DNA of 64,000 nt from positions 75,268,001 through 75,332,000 of the forward strand of contig OX597816.1 in the NCBI GenBank assembly GCA_951406725.2, read 5' to 3'. A program made the translations under genes and the position numbers. This DNA is from Octopus vulgaris. Taxonomy: Eukaryota. This document shows positions 55,477 to 64,000 of this stretch, piece by piece (within the stretch, counting starts at the first letter, position 1; each line of letters opens with the position of its first letter). A model generated the notes under the pieces. That model did not search any database. It was not told the origin of the DNA and saw nothing but the letters and a program-made list of their open reading frames with translations.

Positions 55477-55768
55477 GTGGAGGCACATGGCCTAGTGGTT
55501 ACAGCAGCGGATTCGCAGTCAAGGGATTGTGAGTTCAAATCTCAGATCGGGTGATGTGTGTGTTTATGAGCAAAACCCCTAAGCTCCACGCAGCTCCAGC
55601 AGAAGATAATGGCGAACCTCTACTGACTCTTTTGCCACAACTTTTTCTCACTCTTTCCTTCTGCATGTTGCAGCTAACCTGCAATGGACTGGTGTCCCGT
55701 CCAGGTGGGGAAACTGAGAAACCGGCCCTAATGAGCCAGGCGTGGCTCAAGAAGGAACAAACAACAAA
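55477..55768 (+). mobile_element. tRNA-derived SINE with V-domain-like segment
   Basis: A box tggcctagtgg, B box gttcaaatc, cctgcaatggactggtgtcccgtccagg, (ACA)n tail. Confidence 0.7.
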
Positions 55769-55849
55769 TATATATATATAAATAAGCTGTGTGTATATAT
55801 ATATATATAATATGCTGTATATATTTATATATATAATATATATACATAT

Positions 55850-56010
55850 ATACGACTGGCTTCTTTCAGTTTCCGTCTACCAAATCTACTCACAAGGCTT
55901 TGGTCGGCCCGAGGCTATAGTAGAAGGCACTTGCCCAAGGTGCCACGCAGTGGGACTGAACCTAGAACCTTGTGGTTTGTAAGCAAGCTACTTACCACAC
56001 AGCCATGCCA
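55850..56010 (-). mobile_element. SINE family A head
   Basis: Homologous to 18490-18650. Confidence 0.85.
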
Positions 56011-56026
56011 ACACCTACAATATATG

Positions 56027-56073
<47 letters not shown>

Positions 56074-56221
56074 TGTTGTGTCTGGGGAGAGTCATTCTCT
56101 TTTAGTGCCTTATAATTTAACACACTCACCTGTAAAATTTCCACTCATTTACTTATTTATTTTTCTGACATTTTCGTTACATCTTGCAATCTTTTCAATA
56201 GTTGTTGACTCCCAAAAACGA

Positions 56222-56252
<31 letters not shown>

Positions 56253-57399
56253 ATATCGTTATCATCATTTAATGTCTGCTTGCATGAATCAAATGGGATT
56301 TGTTGAGGCAAATTTTCTATAACCAAATGTGCTTCCTGTTGCCAAACCTCACCTGTTTATATAAATTTTTTATACATCCCATGTTGAACAGATGGGCAGG
56401 CTTCCTCCTGCACTGCCTGTCACCATTTGTTACAAACCTTTGCCATCTCCTTTGTGGGTTCAGCATCTTCAGAATTTTATTCATCCCTTTGTCCCTTTTT
56501 TTCCTAGGTCGTTTGCTTTGGAAGTACTTGGCACTTCTTTTATGAAAGTTGTCATCCACCATACTTCATTACATAGCTGCATCAGCCTATAATCTGGCAT
56601 GCTCCATCTGATTTCTCTTCTATTAGTTATTGATTGAATGAATATGTTTGGATAATTTTAGTTTTGATGAGAGATGAGGTTACTGTTGGGATTTTGCCAG
56701 ACTATTTGATAGGTAACCATGACCAGGTGGTTAAAGTGATGATATGATTGTGTTGTTGTTTAGCTCCAGGCTAGCCATAACTGAGCAGGTCTATGATCAA
56801 AGTGTTCCAGCCATGACCATCACATCTTTTTTTAATGTAGTAGAGTGTATTTGAAGAGAAATTTGACTGGTATTTCTAATAGGTTAAGTGATTGTGTAAA
56901 GGCTCCATCACTGGCTTCTATGAGTGTGTGTGTGTGTGCATGCACATGCATGTGTTCATACATGTGTGTGTATAATGTACAAGAGAGAATGTGTTTATAT
57001 GCTCCATATACTACTGCAATAAATAATCAATTACTTTACTTTCTATGATCAAAGGTGTATATATCAATGTTTGGTCAACCCTATTGATTTCAGAGAATGA
57101 GAGAGGGCAATGATATTTCTGATGACCATGCCATTCTCAAGAACATTAGCAAGCAAGATAGTAGTGTCTGAGATTTGAATCTGAGACCTTGCCACCTATG
57201 ATACAGGATTCGCCTATGTGTGTGTAGGTACAAGGGTTTGTATGTGTACAATTACATAGACACTAATTCTATTTATAGGTCATAACGTGGACTTTTATCT
57301 TTCATCTGTACAAACTGTGATAGTTGTGATTTACATATTGCACACTTCAGTCATAGCAAAAGCTGTTTTTAATATCATATCCATCAGAATAATTCTATA

Positions 57400-57860
57400 G
57401 TCCAATCGAAATTGAACCAAATTCAATGACTGGCACACATGCCAGTGGAGCACTAACTGCTCCATCCAATTGGGATCACTGCCAGAGCAGCTGTCTGGCA
57501 CGTAAATTGCACCATTTGAGCGTGATCGTTGTCAGCGTCGCCTCACTGGCACATGAACAAAACATTTGAGCAAGGTCATTGCCAGTGCTGCTGGACTGAC
57601 TCCTGTGCAGGTGGCACGTAAAAAACACCATTTGAGCGTAGCTGTTGCCAGTACCGCCAGACTGGCCCTCGTGCCGGTGGCATTTTAAAAGCACCCACTA
57701 CACTCACGGAGTGGTTGGCGTTAGGAAGGGCATCCAGCTGTAGAAACTCTGCCAGATCAGATTGGAGCCTGGCACAGCCATCTGGTTCGTCAGTCCTCAG
57801 TCAAATCGTCCAACCCATGCTAGCGTGGAAAGCAGATGTTAAATGATGATGATGATGATG
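57400..57860 (+). mobile_element. RTE 3'UTR/tail module with tandem units
   Basis: Repeated ggtggcacgtaaaaagcacc-like units; (GAT)n tail. Confidence 0.8.
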
Positions 57861-58534
57861 AACAAGCATAATTTCAAGTTCATTATCATTTCATGGGTTG
57901 AGGGTTCAATATTAATGTACAGTACCTTGTGTAAATGTTTCTTACCAAGGTCTTAGGTCAACCAGAGCCTTGTAGTTGAAATTTGTTAAGGAGAAGTGAG
58001 GGTAGAGTGGCATTCTTGTATAGTAAAGTTAATCTGTCATCCAGTTTCACACTACCACCTGCCCTTGGGTGTCTTTAAAACATTCAGTCAGTTTCAGAGG
58101 TCTTGTAGAGTATCGTGTGTACTGCACTTCCACTCTTAACTAAATCATTAAAGAAAATGTATCTTATAGTATAGATCACATATTCAGCTATTTCCTTAAC
58201 ACTAAATATATTTAATAATTCAAAAAGGCCATTTACAATGTAAACTATAAATAAGTTAGTGTTAACATATTTAACGTATGGAGCATTAAAAAGCTAACCA
58301 GAAATGAATGTGGTGAGAAAAAAATATGAGCTAATAACTTTATTGATGATGAAATCAATATAGAACGAACAGACTTTTCTGGATTTGTCAGAAAAATGAA
58401 AATTATGTTAGTCATTGACTAATATCATTATTTTTTCTCACAGTATTTGTTTGTAGTTAACCCATGCTTTAACATTAACTACCTTCATACATACATACGT
58501 ACATACATACATACATACATACATACATACATAC

Positions 58535-59150
58535 AGTAGAAGTTATAGCCACTCATAATGAAAAGGAGTACTGGTGGGATATTCCAGTGAAGACCTCAAA
58601 AAAATGTAAGCACACCAGACCTGATATAATGATTTGGGATTAGGAAGAGAAACTGTACGCAGCTGTGGAAATTAGCTGTCCAGTGGATGTTAACATAAAG
58701 CTGAAGATCAGTAAAAAAAGAGAATGCCGACACAGAACTATTAAGAAATCTGCAGTTACTCTATCCAGATTACAAGTTCAGGTTTATATGTAACACACTG
58801 GGATATGTAACACACTGCCTAAATACCAATCTTGAGAATTTAGGCTTCTCAAAACCATAAAGGAGAAAGCTAATTCAAAGATTACAGATCCAATCCATCA
58901 CTGGAACTGTGAAAATCTGTAAAACTTTCCAGAAGTTTATCTTTTAAATATATATGAGCATGTCTAGATATATACATAAAGCAAAACAGAAATCTGCACA
59001 CATACATACATACATGCATGCACATATACATACATACATACTCACCCACCCTGTTATTAATGTTGAAATTCTAATGAAGGAGCCTTGAAACTAGGTTAGA
59101 AACTGGCTCTTTCTCTATTGGCAAGAAATCTTGAAATAAAACTGAACAAA
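58535..59150 (+). mobile_element. R4/Dong-like RLE LINE 3' fragment with 3'UTR
   Basis: EYWWDIPVKTSKKCKHTRPDIMIWD*EEK...VEISCPVDVNI...ELLRNLQLLYPDYKF...IQSITGTVKICKTF (PD-(D/E)xK-type domain). Confidence 0.85.
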
Positions 59151-59474
59151 CATACTTAGACATATTGATATATAGTTAGATTTTTTGATGCTCCATAGTT
59201 TTATATGTTAATTTTAGCTAAGCTCTTCCTCCCTCTCTCTCTCTCTCAAATGTGTGTGTACATGTGTGCATGCATGTGTGTGTTTATACAGCCATATATA
59301 TATATATTTGTTTGTTTAATCTCCACTTTTCCATGCATCTATGGGTCAGATGGAATTTGTTGAGGCAAATTTTCTCTAGCTGATTACCTTTCCTATCACC
59401 AACTCTTGCTCGTTTCCAAGCAAGGTGATATTTCTCATGGCTAGTCAAGTTTTCTCACTGAAGACTGGAAATGA

Positions 59475-60395
59475 GCAGCTTCTACCCCTACTGGCAATAA
59501 AGGGCTTCTCACTCAGAGTGAAAGGTAGATTGTACAATGCATGTGTGCAAACTGCCATGATTCACGGCTGTGAAAGATGGACCAAGACTGGGGAGGACAT
59601 GCGTAGGGTCGAAAGAAATGAAGCTAACATGATCCGCAGGATGTGTAATGTCAGTGTCCATGCACAATAGAGTGTAAGCACCCTGAGAGAAATGTTGGAC
59701 ATAAGAAGCATTGGATGTGGCGTGCAGAAGAGACGCTTGCGTTGGTATGGTCATGTACTACGGATGGATGAGGAGAGATGTGTGAAGAAGTGCCACTCCC
59801 AAACTATTGAAGGAATCCGGGGTACAGGTAGACCCAGGAAGACATGGGATGAGGTGGTCAAGCATGACCTTCGAATGTTGGGCCTCACAGAGGCTATGAC
59901 GAAAGACCGAGACCTCTGGAGATATGCTGTGACTGCGAAGACCCGACGGCCTGCTGTGCTAACCTTGGATCGTAGGGTAACTTGCTGTGCTTGAGGAGAC
60001 CTACTGAGTCAAGTAGGTCAACATCAACATCAAAATAAAAATCAAATGGAAATTGTAGTTATGATACCCGTGCCGGTGACATGTAAAAAGCACCATCTGA
60101 ATGTGGCTGATGCCAGCGCCGCCTGACTGGTGTCCGTGTCGGTGACACGTAAAAAGCACCAACCGATCGTGGCCATTTGCCAGCCTCCTCTGGCCCCTGT
60201 GCCGGTGACACGTAAAAAGCACCCACTACACTCACGGATTGGTTGGCATTAGGAAGGGCAACCAGCTGTAGAAACACTGCCAGATCAGACTGGAGCCTGG
60301 CGCAGCCTCGTGGTTTCCCAGATCCTGGTCAAACCGTCCAACCCATGCTAGCATGGAAAACGGACGTTAAACGATGACGATGACGATGATGATGA
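59475..60395 (+). mobile_element. RTE-clade LINE 3' fragment with 3'UTR, relatively young
   Basis: KGRLYNACVQTAMIHGCE..RRLRWYGHVLRMDEERCVKKC..GRPRKTWDEVVKHDL; very similar to 19820-20740. Confidence 0.92.
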
Positions 60396-60709
60396 GGATG
60401 AGGAGGATATCCAACCAAAATTGCAAAGATAATCTGGAACACAACTGAGGAAAGAAAACTCCGAATGACTTGTCCTTGTTTTTTCTTGTACCTTTTTTTA
60501 TCATCTATCTGGATGTTTTGCCTTTTTGTCCCATTTTGTATATATTATATAAGAAAAATATATTAAACCACAGTTTACCATTTAAATTTCCAACTACTGT
60601 TAACCTTATAGCAAGGCTGATACATAGTGAGGTAATACATCAGTAGTGCTTATGGTTACATTTATCCCTTAAATGGTTGTATAACCCCTAACTCATAATT
60701 TTATATACA

Positions 60710-60915
60710 CACGAAGTGGTGCTGAAAAGCTCTTGCCTTTGAAGTTATCATGAAAGGCTTGGTTGGATGCCCAACCATCTGAGTTCTTTTACAGTGCTTA
60801 GAAAAACTGAAGAGCCACTGCAATATGTGTGTGAATCTAAGAGGGGAATATTTTGGATAAAATCATAATTAACTGATCCTCCTGTTGTTTCTTTTACTCA
60901 AAGCCAGGAACTTAA
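60710..60915 (+). mobile_element. Mariner-derived MITE
   Basis: Ends acgaagtggtgctgaaaagctcttgcctttg / caaagccaggaactt; internal LEKLKSHCNMCVNLRGEY resembles a mariner C-terminus. Confidence 0.65.
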
Positions 60916-63607
60916 GCTTTGTTATTCATTCTATCTGTCTCCTTTGCTGAACCACTAAATTACAGTCACAAAAACAAACCGGCACCAGTTTTTAAGTAGT
61001 GGGGAACACACAAAAACACACACACACATGTGATGGACTTCTTTCAATTTCCATCAACCAAATCCTCTCACAAGGCTTTACTTGACCCAAAGCTGTAGTA
61101 GAAGACACTGCAGTGGTACTGAACCTAAAACTATGTGGTTGAGAAGCAAACTTCTTACCACACATAGTCATAATCATCATTAGCTTAGTGTTTTAATGTT
61201 CGCTTTTTGATGGTCTCCATGTTACCTATTCTTTCCAGATAAGGTAATATTTACCTCAGTCCTTTTCATCAGCAATGGCTAAATTTGCTTTCATAGAGAA
61301 ATGCTGTTGATGATGATCTTTGTTTATAATTAATGTGCACCTGTCATGAAATGAAATAAATATATTCAAATCTTCTGTAAAAACATGTGTGGTTATGGAG
61401 AAATATTACCTTGCTTGGAAACAAGTGAGGGTTTGTGACAGGAAAAGCATCCTACTATAGAAAATCTGCATCAGCAAATTCTATCTGACCCATGCAAGCA
61501 TGGAAAACAATGATGTGTACAATGAAAATTTGCATTCATTTAGTTACTATTACTTATTACAATCTTGCTAGGTTATGCAAGATTTCAAATAATTACACTT
61601 ATTTTTACAGATTTGTAAAAATGGTTCTGTCTTCTTTTGCACATACACAACTATAGATTTCATCTGCAATAAACTATAAAAATGGTAAAGTAAAAGCTGT
61701 ATGATAATGAACTGTAAATAAATCATTACTTCATATTCTTGAAATCTCTGTTGATTTTTTTTTTTATTCATTAACTTGGAATAAGAAAATGAAAAAATAA
61801 ATTCAAATTTAATTTTAATTTCTGGTTATTTTGATATCACATACACACACACACATATTTATATCAACTTCCGAGACTAGCTCCCATTCATACAAAATTC
61901 TCAAGTAAAGTACATTTGCATTCAGTGACTTAGCCTGATTCCTACTTTTAAATATATTTGCATATGCATACCTGCATGTGTGCACACACACATTTAATCA
62001 CATTTGAACTTGATTGTTGTCATTATATACTCTTGTTCTGTTGTCTTTCTCCTTTGTTAGATTTTATTTTTGTTATTCTTGTCTTTTTTTGTTTTGTTTT
62101 TTTTTTCTTTTAATATAACAGACCATATCTAATTGAAATTGTCCCAGTTTGGCTATTTTGTTTTAATCAACTTGTCTTGTTTTTGTTTTCTTTCATTTCT
62201 CTCTCATCAGGCAGTGTCAAGTTTTATATCTTACTCTGTTATCTACTGAATATTGATGATTGAAAGAAAATAGTTGATAAATTGATTAATGATAATAAAT
62301 AAAATGTATTGAATGTGTCCAGTGCTACTCATCAAATTGTTTATGGCATTTGCATGCATCTTATGCATTCACACATAAGGTGACAGAATGTGCTTCCTTT
62401 ATTATGAGTTAACATTTTCTTACTGTTCAGTGTCTTGAAAGAAGAATGAAGTCTAACCACAGTTAGTTCTTTATTTAGGACTGTTTTAGGTAACTGTACG
62501 GTAATAATGCTTTTGAATGCAGTTCTTGTTTTGTATTCCACAAATCAAGGAAAAAGTTATTCTGTCTTATGTATTTTTTAATGTCTTCTACATTCTAACT
62601 TCCTGATCACCCTTACTTAAAAGCCGTTTTCCAGTTCCTGTGGTATTCTGCTATTCAGATCTTCTAATAGACTATAGAGGTTCTCTTATTTTGTGTTTGC
62701 TAACACATTCTAGGTAAATGAGAGTCTATGGCCAATTAACCAGATTTTATGATATTCTGTTGCTTTACAATCCTGTGCCATGCTCACCAATTATTTATGG
62801 GACATTGAAAATTTTGGAAATATTTCTTGATACTTGACTATTCTAATTTTCATGCATATCATACCATGTGTTGGTATAACATAGTTTCTTCTTCAGTCTT
62901 GTGGTCTAATAATTTTGATATACTAAAATATGTTAGAAGATTTTTCACAGGAAACTTAGTCATAGGAGTAAACATTTTAAAAACATACTATAACAAAATA
63001 AAAACAAACAAGAAATTCTATATTAGTCTCCTAAATTTTATTAGCCCTCACTAAAGTTTATTTGACTGTTGTAGATCATGAAAGCATAAAGTTATTAGTC
63101 AGCAGTTATTAAGTTTGTTAAATATTTCAAAGAATTACAGTATGCTTCACTGATTTAATATAGTACAGCAAAAATAAAATCTCGGCTCTTTAACCAACTG
63201 ATTTTATCAAGTTTTCAATCTTAAATTAATCATCTAAGTTTCCATCATCTAGTGTTGGGCAAATTTCACTTTTGGAAGTTGACAAATACCAGAGAAGTCA
63301 TTGAAATAGTTTAAATATTTTTCTGATGTTGTATAAACATCAAAAAATCTCCAGTTTGCTTAAATAATTGTTTTAATGGCAATGATGACATTTTGGAAGA
63401 AACTGTTTGATGGGTTTGTGAAGTGCAACATCTTTGGTCTTGCAAAAATAATCTTGCCATAAAAAGGTCTTCTGTTTTATTACTGATTTTTATATTGTCA
63501 TCTGTTATAATACAGTAATTGTGTAACTATGAAATTGCAGGAATATTGAATGAGTGTCATGTATTTAATTAATAGTATTCTGCTATAGCGGAATACATAT
63601 ATATGTA

Positions 63608-64000
63608 CATGGTGCAGCAGCATTATAGTCAACTGCTACAAAGGGAAAGGTGATATCTCAGACAGAAATAATTAGAGCTATCAAATTTCTGCAGCAGGTC
63701 ATGAAAGTTACAGAAAGGGTGATAGCACAACTAATTAAGAAGAAAGTTAACTTAGATGAGATGCAGTTTGATCTTGTGTCAGGGTAAAGCACTACTGATG
63801 TTATCTCCATTGTAAGGCAACTGCAGGAGAAGCACTTAGCAAAAAAAATAAACTGTTATATTTGGCATTTGTCAACATGAAGAAAGCTTTTGATAAGGTA
63901 TCTCACTCATCTTATAGCCAAAGCCATGTACAGGGATGCTTTCAGTAAGGTGATAGTTGGCATTGAGTACTGTGACAAATTTAGTGTGCAGGTATGAGTT
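63608..64000 (+). mobile_element. RTE-clade LINE RT fragment (runs off the window)
   Basis: NCYKGKGD, QVMKVTERVIAQLI, RQLQEKHL, LYLAFVNMKKAFDKV. Confidence 0.88.

Noticed and set aside
61560-63510. Several AG/GT-bounded segments in unique AT-rich sequence
   Set aside because: The frames contain stops or the phases do not link; no supportable gene model.

Overview
Eukaryotic, AT-rich, extremely microsatellite- and transposon-dense genomic DNA. The SINE families and repeat landscape look like an octopus (coleoid cephalopod) genome; this is an inference from memory, not a database hit. Nearly all listed ORFs are microsatellite or decayed-transposon artefacts. Recognisable content: at least seven decayed RTE-clade LINE pieces (several carrying a C4HC3 PHD-type finger inside the RT region), four R4/Dong-like restriction-like-endonuclease LINE pieces, Penelope-like element relics with minimal hammerhead-ribozyme-like motifs (including a ~210 bp near-perfect inverted repeat), decayed maT/Tc1/mariner transposons, hAT-like MITEs and several tRNA-derived SINE families. 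A candidate spliced minus-strand gene of unknown product (phase-compatible exons at 42.7, 41.9, 39.6 and 37.3 kb) sits next to a CpG-retaining zone at about 41.7-46.9 kb. Element boundaries are read by eye and are approximate unless TSDs or splice sites are quoted.
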